Source: a virus
Virus record (IMG/VR): IMGVR_UViG_3300043446_002688
DNA length: 64,000 bases
Direction: 5' to 3' (one strand)
Numbering within the stretch: the stretch's first letter is position 1; each line of letters begins with the position of its first letter. Position numbers and translations under genes: made by a program. Shown here one piece after another: positions 37,974-45,960 of the stretch. Under the pieces are notes generated by a model. The model was not told where the DNA came from, made no database searches, and saw only the letters and a list, made by a program, of their open reading frames with translations.

Positions 37974-38168
37974 GTGTCGAAGTTTGTGGCTAAGTTCCGT
38001 AAAAATGCGGATTATAATGATGATTATGAATATTCACAAAAACGCAAGCGTAGTGGTAAACATGATCCATCAAAAAAGTTAACCAATTACGATTATGATA
38101 GAATGATGCAGGATGAGGAGTTATACTACCAAAAACCTGCTCGCCGAAAAGTAAGAGAAATGTATTAA
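37974..38168 (+). CDS. Hypothetical protein
   Basis: AAGGAG RBS, GTG start, SKFVAKFRKN. Confidence 0.7.
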   Translation: MSKFVAKFRKNADYNDDYEYSQKRKRSGKHDPSKKLTNYDYDRMMQDEELYYQKPARRKVREMY

Positions 38169-38199
38169 TTCCTAGTGTTGTAGGTAAACAACACAATAA

Positions 38200-38227
38200 T
38201 TGACAAATCTCCTGATTATGTTATAAT
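38200..38227 (+). promoter_or_regulatory. sigma70-type promoter
   Basis: TTGACA-16-TATAAT with extended TG. Confidence 0.8.
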
Positions 38228-38249
38228 ATACGCATACAGGAGATTTGTT

Positions 38250-38579
38250 ATGATGATTTATACTCGCACACCTAAATCAAAGCGCAAGCTTGCACCAAAA
38301 GCCGAGCGTGAGCAATATCAAAAATGGTTGGATTCACACAAACCAACCAAAGTCATACAATCCACTCCACAAAAATTCACTTATAAACTGTCGGCACCTG
38401 CCGGCCGTGAAACTAAGCACTTTCCATCATTAAATACCGGTAATGTTGCTGCCACTAAAGCAGAACCGAAAGTATACACTGGTGATAAAGTGCTCGGTAT
38501 TGCAACTTTGCACAAATCAAACGCTGTTCCTGTGTTTAAGAAAGAGGAAGCAGTGGAAATCTCAAGCATGAGGCGTTAA
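38250..38579 (+). CDS. Conserved T4-like basic protein
   Basis: GIATLHKSNAVPVF motif. Confidence 0.8.
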   Translation: MMIYTRTPKSKRKLAPKAEREQYQKWLDSHKPTKVIQSTPQKFTYKLSAPAGRETKHFPSLNTGNVAATKAEPKVYTGDKVLGIATLHKSNAVPVFKKEEAVEISSMRR

Positions 38580-38580
38580 A

Positions 38581-38718
38581 ATGAAAAGGAAAATTAATTT
38601 TGTTGTAGAATTGAAACGACCTGTGTGTCGGACACCAATCAAGCCTGTACAGGCTCATAAAAATGAGGTAAAATATGAACGAAAACCAAAACACAGAGCA
38701 AAAATCTACGAAAATTGA
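38581..38718 (+). CDS. ArfA-like small basic protein (45 aa; not in ORF track)
   Basis: MKRKINFVVELKRPVCRTPIKPVQAHKNEVKYERKPKHRAKIYEN; YxRKxKH motif. Confidence 0.55.
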   Translation: MKRKINFVVELKRPVCRTPIKPVQAHKNEVKYERKPKHRAKIYEN

Positions 38719-38965
38719 TTGGGAGCCTGTTTCGCAAGCAACCAAACGCTGGGCAATCATGTCACAATGGGAAAATGACTTAGAAAATTACGGAAAAACT
38801 TGGTCAACTAGCATTGAAGAAGCGAATGATGGCACAGGCGATGCAATTTTGACTTTTCCTGATGAATTGCTCATGTTAAAAGGTTGGAGTGAAGGCACGG
38901 TGTTGAATATGGAAGTAGAACAAACGCCTACAGGCAATGTCCTTGTAATTACTGAGAAAAAATAA
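38675..38965 (+). CDS. AbrB/MazE-like swapped-hairpin protein
   Basis: GDAILTFPDELL...GWSEGTVL.MEV. Confidence 0.6.
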   Translation: MNENQNTEQKSTKIDWEPVSQATKRWAIMSQWENDLENYGKTWSTSIEEANDGTGDAILTFPDELLMLKGWSEGTVLNMEVEQTPTGNVLVITEKK

Positions 38966-41100
38966 TGAGTTTACTTGAAACAAAATCACTATTGGCCAAG
39001 TTGATGGCTACGGAAGACTTGCGTATTCAGCAAGACAGAGTACAAACAGCAAGTTTTAACATTGAAACTCGTGTGTTGACTGTGCCAATCTTGGACAATA
39101 AGATTTCCAAAGATGTTTATGATTTGTTTATGGGTCACGAAGTTGGCCATGCACTATACACACCATATGATGGCATGAAAAAAGCCATTGCTGATAAAAT
39201 TAATATGAATGTGGTGAACATTGTTGAAGATTCACGCATTGAACGCAAGATTAAAAACAAATATCCTGGTATCAAAGCACCTTTCTTTCGTGCTTATGAT
39301 GAACTGTATGAGAAAAACTTCTTTGGTACAGAAGGTAAAGACCTAAACGCATACAATTTTGTTGATAGAATCAACTTGCATTGTAAAATTGGTGCAGGAT
39401 TGACTATTAAATTCTCCGATAAAGAGCGTGAACTGCTTTCCGAAGTAGAATCAACTGAAACTTATGATGATGTGATTGAAGTTACAAAGAAAATTTGTGA
39501 TTTTATGAACATGGAAGATGAAGAGGAAGTAAAAACATTAACAGTTGCTGTCTTAACTGATGATGATGGTGATGGAACCAATGAAAATGAAAGTGAAGGT
39601 GAACAACCAGCAGACATTACCGTTGATGCTCGTCAAGGAGAAGGTGGAGATTCTTCAGGTGATAGTGAAGAAAACGAAGGCGAAGAAGAAAAACAGACCA
39701 AAGATGAAGTTGGTGGCAGTGTAGGCACACAAGGAGCTGGTCGTAATGAAAATCGTAAGACACCTCCACAAGAAATTCGTTCATTTACTGATGAAGCATA
39801 CAAGGAAAATGAACATCAACTGTTTGACAAAGGTCAATCCAAGTATGTTTATGTAAATGTGCCTGAATATGACATCAAAAAAGGCGTTGTTGACTACAAA
39901 ACACTTTATTTGAAGTGTGAGACTGAAGGTTTTACAATCAATCGGCAAGATTTTATCAATTACCGCCGTGAATCCGCAAAGGTTGTGTCGTACCTTGTGA
40001 AAGAATTTGAACTCCGCAAGAATGCCGACCAAATGAAGCGTGCTTCAACTGCAAAAACTGGTGATTTAGACCTGAGTAAAATCTATTCATTCAATTTTAA
40101 CGAAGATTTGTTTAAGAAAATCACTGTTGTGCCTCACGGTCAATCACACGGACTTGTTATGTTCTTGGATTGGTCAGGTTCTATGTCACGACACATTGGT
40201 AATACAGTGAAACAACTGTTGAACCTGGTGATGTTCTGTAAGAAGGTTAACATTCCATACGAAGTTTATTGTTTCATTGAATCTAGTGACAGAGAATTTC
40301 TCTACAAACCAGCAGCAAAACTTGGTGATGTGTATTGTGGTGAATTTGGTATGGTTAATTTGTTGTCAAGTAGAATGACAGCCAATGAATTTATCACTGG
40401 TGCAGCTGCAATGATGAAGTTTGGTGGTATTGCAAAAGAATGTTTGAACCGTTCTTTGACACCATGGTTCTTGCGTATGAGTGGTACACCATTGAATGAG
40501 TGTGTTATCGCTGCCATGGAAATTGTACCTGACTTCCAGAAGAAAAATCGTTTACAAATTGTGAACACTGTTTTTCTAACTGATGGTGAAGGTAGTTGTT
40601 TGTTTGATATGTATGATGGTCCATATTATCCAACAAAGGCTGCATTTACACATATGGTCATCCGTGATCCTAAAACTAGAAACGAAGAAGTGTTTGAAAG
40701 AAACGGTAGAGCAGGCCTTTACTATTCTAGTATGTTGATGGCACAGACTGATTGTTTCATTCGTTTGTTGAAGAAACGCACCAACTCACATGTGATTGGT
40801 TTCTTTGTGTGTGAATCAAAAGACATTTCAAATCGTTTCAGTTACTTCTATCCTGGTCAAACAGATGATACCGTTGTGAAAGAGAAGTTTAGAAAAGAAA
40901 ACTATGCCGTTGTGACAAGTACCGGTTTTGATGACTATTATCTGTTACGGTCAAATGGCCTAGATACTGATGATGAAGAAGAACTTGAGTTCAAGGAAAA
41001 TGCAACCACTCGTGGTATGGTTTCAGCATTCAGTAAGTATACTGGAAACAAAATCACAAGTCGTGTTGTATTGAATCGTTTTATTGGATTGATTTCGTAA
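38965..41100 (+). CDS. CobT-like metallopeptidase / acidic linker / VWA protein
   Basis: HEVGH, EDSRIE, Asp/Glu-rich linker, DWSGS MIDAS, GTPL, LTDGE. Confidence 0.85.
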   Translation: MSLLETKSLLAKLMATEDLRIQQDRVQTASFNIETRVLTVPILDNKISKDVYDLFMGHEVGHALYTPYDGMKKAIADKINMNVVNIVEDSRIERKIKNKYPGIKAPFFRAYDELYEKNFFGTEGKDLNAYNFVDRINLHCKIGAGLTIKFSDKERELLSEVESTETYDDVIEVTKKICDFMNMEDEEEVKTLTVAVLTDDDGDGTNENESEGEQPADITVDARQGEGGDSSGDSEENEGEEEKQTKDEVGGSVGTQGAGRNENRKTPPQEIRSFTDEAYKENEHQLFDKGQSKYVYVNVPEYDIKKGVVDYKTLYLKCETEGFTINRQDFINYRRESAKVVSYLVKEFELRKNADQMKRASTAKTGDLDLSKIYSFNFNEDLFKKITVVPHGQSHGLVMFLDWSGSMSRHIGNTVKQLLNLVMFCKKVNIPYEVYCFIESSDREFLYKPAAKLGDVYCGEFGMVNLLSSRMTANEFITGAAAMMKFGGIAKECLNRSLTPWFLRMSGTPLNECVIAAMEIVPDFQKKNRLQIVNTVFLTDGEGSCLFDMYDGPYYPTKAAFTHMVIRDPKTRNEEVFERNGRAGLYYSSMLMAQTDCFIRLLKKRTNSHVIGFFVCESKDISNRFSYFYPGQTDDTVVKEKFRKENYAVVTSTGFDDYYLLRSNGLDTDDEEELEFKENATTRGMVSAFSKYTGNKITSRVVLNRFIGLIS

Positions 41101-41110
41101 GGAGTAAAAA

Positions 41111-41350
41111 ATGGAAATTTATTCAGAATACTATGAAGGTGACCGTAGAGCCACCGTCACAAGGTTGCGTAGAAGTGAGTGGGCATCAGAACTTGATGTT
41201 TGGGAAGTTGCCATGTATATCAACGGCAAACCAATTCAAAGAACCACATTGAAGAATGAATCTGCTGCCGAAGATTTGGCAGAAGATTTTGTCCGAGGTG
41301 GTGATACCTCAGCACCCACATTATTGAATGAGCACATCAGCAATGGATAA
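41111..41350 (+). CDS. Hypothetical protein
   Basis: AAGGAG RBS. Confidence 0.75.
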   Translation: MEIYSEYYEGDRRATVTRLRRSEWASELDVWEVAMYINGKPIQRTTLKNESAAEDLAEDFVRGGDTSAPTLLNEHISNG

Positions 41351-41618
41351 TCAAATCAAGGAAGTCTTTTGCATCGCACAGGAAGAGTGTGCAGAAGTTA
41401 CCCAAGCAATTTCTAAAATCTTCCGTTTCGGTTTTGAATCACAACATCCTGTTAGTCTAAAGACCAACAAGGAAAGCCTAGAGGAAGAAGTGGGAGACCT
41501 CCTTGCCATGGTTGACATTATGGTGGAAAAGTGTATAATATCAGATGAACAAGTGAACCTTGCTCGGAAGAAGAAACGAGAGAAACTGAAAACTTGGTCA
41601 ACTATTGAAGGACTGTAA
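41343..41618 (+). CDS. MazG-like pyrophosphohydrolase
   Basis: QEECAEV.QAISK..RFG...EEEVGDL. Confidence 0.85.
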   Translation: MDNQIKEVFCIAQEECAEVTQAISKIFRFGFESQHPVSLKTNKESLEEEVGDLLAMVDIMVEKCIISDEQVNLARKKKREKLKTWSTIEGL

Positions 41619-41619
41619 A

Positions 41620-42114
41620 ATGGATTATGATTATGACCGTTACTGTGAAATCGTGCAAGCCTTTATGGAGGCTGCCTGGATTGACCGTGACGAACTTGTG
41701 AGAGGCGAAGATATCTCAGACATGCCTGAAGTGAAGATTATGTTTGAGAGTTATGCAGACCTTGAGGACGAAGATGAAAATGGTGAATACCGTTACACCG
41801 AAAACGGTAACAAAAACATGGAGTGTTATGCCGTCTTTATCCACAAGGATGCTTTGACCGAAGATTTTGTATTCCCTGAACATGAAGTGTACCAGTTCAC
41901 CTTTGGTGGTATGATTGCACACCGACCAAAAGAAGAAGTTTGCCTCTATGTTTGGTATGATGTGGTTGACGATTCGTGGGAAGTCTTGCAACTGGAAGAC
42001 CGTATTGATTCCGATAACGCCATGAATGAAGAAGATGTGATGACCATCCTAGAAGGTCTATACAAAAGATACTTCACACCATTGGTTGACCTAAAACCAG
42101 GAACACCAATATGA
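41620..42114 (+). CDS. Hypothetical acidic protein
   Basis: Long ORF, AAGGA RBS. Confidence 0.75.
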   Translation: MDYDYDRYCEIVQAFMEAAWIDRDELVRGEDISDMPEVKIMFESYADLEDEDENGEYRYTENGNKNMECYAVFIHKDALTEDFVFPEHEVYQFTFGGMIAHRPKEEVCLYVWYDVVDDSWEVLQLEDRIDSDNAMNEEDVMTILEGLYKRYFTPLVDLKPGTPI

Positions 42115-42251
42115 CAGACCAAGAAGCCCTACAACATTATGAGAAAATGGTAGAAATCTATGGTGACCTTGTTCCACATCCGGAACACGAACCAGTCAGA
42201 TTTGCCTACTATGTGAAACTATACAGGACTTATCATGTTCAAACTAATTGA
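42111..42251 (+). CDS. Small conserved phage protein (46 aa)
   Basis: MTDQEALQHYEKMVEIYGDLVPHPEHEPVRFAYYVKLY; ATGA overlap. Confidence 0.65.
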   Translation: MTDQEALQHYEKMVEIYGDLVPHPEHEPVRFAYYVKLYRTYHVQTN

Positions 42252-42402
42252 CTTTATCGTTTATGGCTGCTGGCACCGCTGGAAGATTCTACACCAAGTT
42301 AACGTAAGAGATACAGATAACCAACAAGGTTTACCAATTGGTTACGCATATATTTGCCAATGTGAAAGATGCGGCCAACCAAAAAGATTCAACATGTATT
42401 AA
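42235..42402 (+). CDS. Small His/Cys zinc-binding protein (55 aa)
   Basis: CWHRW...CQCERCG; AGGA RBS. Confidence 0.6.
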   Translation: MFKLIDFIVYGCWHRWKILHQVNVRDTDNQQGLPIGYAYICQCERCGQPKRFNMY

Positions 42403-42439
42403 CTCAAGCGCCTCCGGCGGTTTTCCAAGGATACCAAAA

Positions 42440-42649
42440 ATGGACCAATTAACCCAAGAAATTTATACCCAACTTTTAGAACTACACGCAAATGACCTAG
42501 AGGTCGAGAACACCGGCCTACAACTTCAAGTGACCGCTCTACAAATCACAGTCGGTAAATACCCAGTGGTTCAACCACAACCCCTAACTTGGCCGCACCA
42601 GTACCCTGTCTGGACCGTAACTTCTACCGAAACAACGACCGTATCATAA
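42440..42649 (+). CDS. Hypothetical protein
   Basis: AAGGA RBS. Confidence 0.55.
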   Translation: MDQLTQEIYTQLLELHANDLEVENTGLQLQVTALQITVGKYPVVQPQPLTWPHQYPVWTVTSTETTTVS

Positions 42650-42802
42650 ATGGGTGCGTTTAATTTTGTGTGGGACTTGCACCAGTCCGGTCAGATATCT
42701 GACATGGAAGACCGAGTGGAAGACTTAGAGAAAAAGGTAGAGATCCTCAAGGAATGGGTAGACTACTTACAGAAACAATTGGAAGAAAAGAATGAACATT
42801 AA
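42650..42802 (+). CDS. Small coiled-coil protein (50 aa)
   Basis: MGAFNFVWDLHQ...EDRVEDLEKKVE. Confidence 0.55.
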   Translation: MGAFNFVWDLHQSGQISDMEDRVEDLEKKVEILKEWVDYLQKQLEEKNEH

Positions 42803-43367
42803 AGACTTTAGGATGAACCCATATGAACCAGACCACTGGAGAAATATTTGCATCCAAGTATCCACTATTGCAAGTAATGTTCTTCCACATTTAAACCGTA
42901 AGAAGATAAAATCTGAAGTTATTTCAAACCTCTTTGAATCCGTTTCTGCAAATTATTTTAACTCCATCGGAATAGAAACTGTATTGGCCAAGACCGACAG
43001 AGACCCAGATTTACTGTTTACCTCAGGTCCATGCGAAATCAAAGTTACAGGTGTAGATTCTACCTCTGTAAAATCTTGCAAGTGGATGGGCGGTAAATAC
43101 AGTAAACGAACCTCTGAGTATGTCTTTGTCATGTGGTACCATCAAGAACCAATAGAAACTCTTTTTGGTCCAGTTGGTGATTCTCTGCATTTCTCTGTGT
43201 ATAACTGTCATGTGGATGAAAATGAGTGGTCTACCGTAGATAACGGAAATGAAAACTATTATGCCACAGTATTTGAAAGTGGTAACCTATTAGAGAAACC
43301 ACATAAATGTCTGGTTGGCTCGAGGGCTGGAGAAAAATTCCTCCTAGAAAAAATTTTTGAATATTGA
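42792..43367 (+). CDS. Restriction-endonuclease-fold (PD-(D/E)xK) nuclease
   Basis: FE...DPDLLF..GPCEIK. Confidence 0.65.
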   Translation: MNIKDFRMNPYEPDHWRNICIQVSTIASNVLPHLNRKKIKSEVISNLFESVSANYFNSIGIETVLAKTDRDPDLLFTSGPCEIKVTGVDSTSVKSCKWMGGKYSKRTSEYVFVMWYHQEPIETLFGPVGDSLHFSVYNCHVDENEWSTVDNGNENYYATVFESGNLLEKPHKCLVGSRAGEKFLLEKIFEY

Positions 43368-43496
43368 AGGGGAGCCCCGAAAAATAAAAAATGGGAAAAA
43401 AGAGTTTGACCTGGAGGCACGTTTTTTATTATCGTTAACGCCCCCACCCCATCGGCCCGCCATCGGCCCCATACTGCTCACCGCACTGCTACCAGC

Positions 43497-43528
43497 AAAA
43501 AAAGGGGACCAGCACCAGACTGGTCCCC
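43497..43528 (-). terminator. Rho-independent terminator for the minus-strand island
   Basis: GGGGACCAG/CTGGTCCCC 9-bp stem followed by T7 on the minus strand. Confidence 0.88.
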
Positions 43529-43553
43529 AAAGCGACAGCCATCCAGCCGTGCC

Positions 43554-44213
43554 TCAAGCTGTCGCTGCAGCAATACGAATAACCTTGGCCATTTTCTTAC
43601 CGTGGGCCTGATAACCGATAACCGCCACGGTTTTGTCATAGCAAGCACGGCAGTCCAAGCATTTTCCATCCTGCTCTGGGGCGGCGCACAATGTAACACC
43701 TGCTGGCACTGGTGCACCTGCTGGCACAATGGTACTACCATGGCCTGCACCAAAGGTACCATCCACAGCGTCACTGCTATAGCGGACCATTACATTAGGC
43801 AGTGCTTGCATGGCATTGAGCACGTTATGGAATTTAGGGAATTTATACATGCGGGTGGGTAACCAGTGCTTTACATGGGGAGTAGCTGCCATGATGGCGA
43901 GCATTTTCTCTGCCAATGCGAGGCTATACACGTCGCCAGAATCAAACCAACGGAAGTGGGTTTGCTTTTGTAAAGCTTTGACCATCACCTGGATCCAGTC
44001 AGCTTCTTGCCATGCCTTTTTATTGTCAGCACGGACCTTTTTTGTATCGGGGAAATTGTAGCAACCAGTGGTAGCGTAGCAACCAGAGCAAGCAGCGACC
44101 AGCTCACCATTTTCACCAACCGAACCGGGACAGGTTTCAATAGCTTGGAGGGACCATGAAAGGGTACCAAGCTTGCTGGTTTTGGAAATTTTGTTTATTG
44201 TCGCTGCTGTCAT
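43554..44213 (-). CDS. Gp88-like Cys-rich phage protein
   Basis: SWSL..CPGS...CSGCYA...FRWFDSGD...HWLPTR...CLDCRAC. Confidence 0.75.
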   Translation of the reverse strand: MTAATINKISKTSKLGTLSWSLQAIETCPGSVGENGELVAACSGCYATTGCYNFPDTKKVRADNKKAWQEADWIQVMVKALQKQTHFRWFDSGDVYSLALAEKMLAIMAATPHVKHWLPTRMYKFPKFHNVLNAMQALPNVMVRYSSDAVDGTFGAGHGSTIVPAGAPVPAGVTLCAAPEQDGKCLDCRACYDKTVAVIGYQAHGKKMAKVIRIAAATA

Positions 44214-44244
44214 TGCTATTCCTTTTTGATTTACTATGGAATGA

Positions 44245-44272
44245 ATTATACCAGAATTCCTGAAAATGGCAA
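44245..44272 (-). promoter_or_regulatory. Early promoter
   Basis: TTGCCA-16-TATAAT preceded by AAAGTATTAGG. Confidence 0.8.
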
Positions 44273-44305
44273 CCTAATACTTTTTTATTCCATCCGACCG
44301 GTGGG

Positions 44306-44401
44306 TTACATTGCTCTCCACACGGTTACATCCAACACCAACACCACCACAGCGGCAACCATCACCACCGAGAAAACCACGGATTCTAATTTTGCGAGCA
44401 T
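44306..44401 (-). CDS. Small single-TM peptide (31 aa)
   Basis: AAAGGA RBS, MLAKLESVVFSVVMVAAVVVLVLDVTVWRAM. Confidence 0.6.
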   Translation of the reverse strand: MLAKLESVVFSVVMVAAVVVLVLDVTVWRAM

Positions 44402-44417
44402 TTTACTTCCTTTCGGA

Positions 44418-44639
44418 TCAATAGGACTGGTGGGAATGGCCGATAGCATATGCAACGGCATCGGCGGCAGCACAATCCTCGCCAGAAGCGTCCACTGGAC
44501 GAGGGGTGAAAATTGCAGCAAAGTCATCATAGCAATAATAACCAGAATGGGTTACCACCAAGCGAGCATCAGCAGGCAGGCGGGACAATGCGGCAATCAT
44601 ATCAGCCACGGAAATAGAGTCATCGGATGGTGAAAACAT
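44418..44639 (-). CDS. Hypothetical protein
   Basis: AAAAGGA RBS, own promoter. Confidence 0.75.
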   Translation of the reverse strand: MFSPSDDSISVADMIAALSRLPADARLVVTHSGYYCYDDFAAIFTPRPVDASGEDCAAADAVAYAIGHSHQSY

Positions 44640-44672
44640 TTTGCTGTCCTTTTGTTTGTTTGTATGGAATGA

Positions 44673-44700
44673 ATTATACCAGAACCAGAAGGAATGGCAA
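44673..44700 (-). promoter_or_regulatory. Early promoter
   Basis: TTGCCA-16-TATAAT; leader nearly identical to that of the 44245 promoter. Confidence 0.8.
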
Positions 44701-44724
44701 CCTATTGTCCATCCATCCGGTGGG

Positions 44725-45063
44725 TTATTTTACAGCGCTTGCCTTTTTTGCCATAATAGCAGAGGCTATGGCGTTATCTTCGGCGCCGTACACCACAGCT
44801 TTGCTTGGCTTACGGTTTGCTTTCAGAGCTTTCACACCTACAGGCGCTGCTTGCTTTGCGAGCAGTTTATCCAATCGGGCTTGTGCCTTAGCGATAGCAG
44901 CAGCCTGCTTACTGGCCTTGGCTTCTGCTTTCGCAGCCTTGGCGTTTTCACGTTCTTGCTTTACACCAGCAGCAAGGCGTTGAACCTCGAGCTTTGCATT
45001 GGCAAGATTAATACGGGCTTGCTTGAGAGCAGTAACCAACATGGAGGGAGCTTTTGCTGACAT
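44725..45063 (-). CDS. Ala/Lys-rich basic (histone-like) protein
   Basis: AKAAKAEAKASKQAAAIAK; AAAGGA RBS. Confidence 0.8.
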   Translation of the reverse strand: MSAKAPSMLVTALKQARINLANAKLEVQRLAAGVKQERENAKAAKAEAKASKQAAAIAKAQARLDKLLAKQAAPVGVKALKANRKPSKAVVYGAEDNAIASAIMAKKASAVK

Positions 45064-45094
45064 TTTTTGTCCTTTCAAATTCAACATGGGATGG

Positions 45095-45123
45095 ATTCTA
45101 ACCTAAAATTGCCGTTTTGGCAA
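45095..45123 (-). promoter_or_regulatory. Early promoter
   Basis: TTGCCA-17-TAGAAT. Confidence 0.75.
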
Positions 45124-45139
45124 CTGTAAACTTTTTTCT

Positions 45140-45418
45140 TCAAGCAGTCCGGTCGTGTATTTTGTGCACCTTACTAGCATTTTCAGCCAGCAGCCTATCA
45201 TCCATGAGCTTGCTCAGGATATATTTTGCAATATTAATATGCTGGCGTGCTTGGTTCTGGGTTTGCGCTGTGTTGCAGCTCATCAGCTCTTGAGCATCCG
45301 ACAGCACGCTCATAGCGACCATTTCCAGACCGGACAAGCGAGCGGTCAAGCTCTGGCAATATTCCTGCTCGATTGTCGCTTGGCTGATACCGTAGCACTG
45401 CTTTTCAAATTCCGTCAT
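45140..45418 (-). CDS. Conserved early phage protein
   Basis: MTEFEKQCYG...SDAQEL...ARQHINIAKYIL; AAAAGGA RBS. Confidence 0.78.
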   Translation of the reverse strand: MTEFEKQCYGISQATIEQEYCQSLTARLSGLEMVAMSVLSDAQELMSCNTAQTQNQARQHINIAKYILSKLMDDRLLAENASKVHKIHDRTA

Positions 45419-45448
45419 TTTGCTGTCCTTTTCAAATTTCATGGATGA

Positions 45449-45477
45449 ATTATAGGCGATTTTGCAGGTTTTGGCAA
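45449..45477 (-). promoter_or_regulatory. Early promoter
   Basis: TTGCCA-17-TATAAT. Confidence 0.8.
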
Positions 45478-45526
45478 GTGTAAACTTTTTTCTTCCAGCG
45501 GACAATATGAGAACCATTGCGCTATA

Positions 45527-45554
45527 TTGCCAAGGGTTCTGGTTTGTGTATAAT
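45527..45554 (+). promoter_or_regulatory. Divergent promoter reading into a non-coding region
   Basis: TTGCCA-16-TATAAT. Confidence 0.7.
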
Positions 45555-45811
45555 CCAACCCATAGCAATCGGTAGCCGGAGCTCTAATCCGACCCTGCCT
45601 GATGGTTATCGGTCGCCGCCGGATTAATACTTTTGTTTGCAGGATCACACTGGGGCTGCATACTTTTGTTTCTCGGCTGGACCATCGAGCGTCATTTTGT
45701 TTTCAACCTGCGTGGTTTTTGTATACTTTGGCATTAATCCGGCATCTGACCCAGAGACTAAGTTGGACTAATACCAAAGCATTAGCGATAGTTTGCGACT
45801 ATTGGTGCGAC

Positions 45812-45890
45812 TTATCCACAGCATACCCACAAGGGTCAAAAGTTATTCACATTTTATCTACAAAGTAAAGTTATCCACAGCATATCCACA
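45812..45890 (+). promoter_or_regulatory. Array of six co-oriented DnaA boxes
   Basis: TTATCCACA 45812, ATACCCACA 45823, TTATTCACA 45843, TTATCTACA 45854, TTATCCACA 45871, ATATCCACA 45882. Confidence 0.8.
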
Positions 45891-45931
45891 GCGAATAGTT
45901 GACCAAAATGCTTGAATACTATGGTACTAGG

Positions 45932-45960
45932 TTGCCAAAATGCGTTTTTCCCAGTATAAT
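45932..45960 (+). promoter_or_regulatory. Early promoter
   Basis: TTGCCA-17-TATAAT preceded by a motif copy. Confidence 0.8.

Noticed and set aside
45140-45568. Extended 142-aa N-terminus given in the ORF track
   Set aside because: A promoter (45449-45477) and AAAAGGA RBS place the start at 45418
44226-45868. Plus-strand ORFs over the inverted island (44226, 44627, 44641, 45155, 45602)
   Set aside because: Antisense to RBS- and promoter-supported minus-strand genes, or lacking an RBS; they start inside promoter repeats
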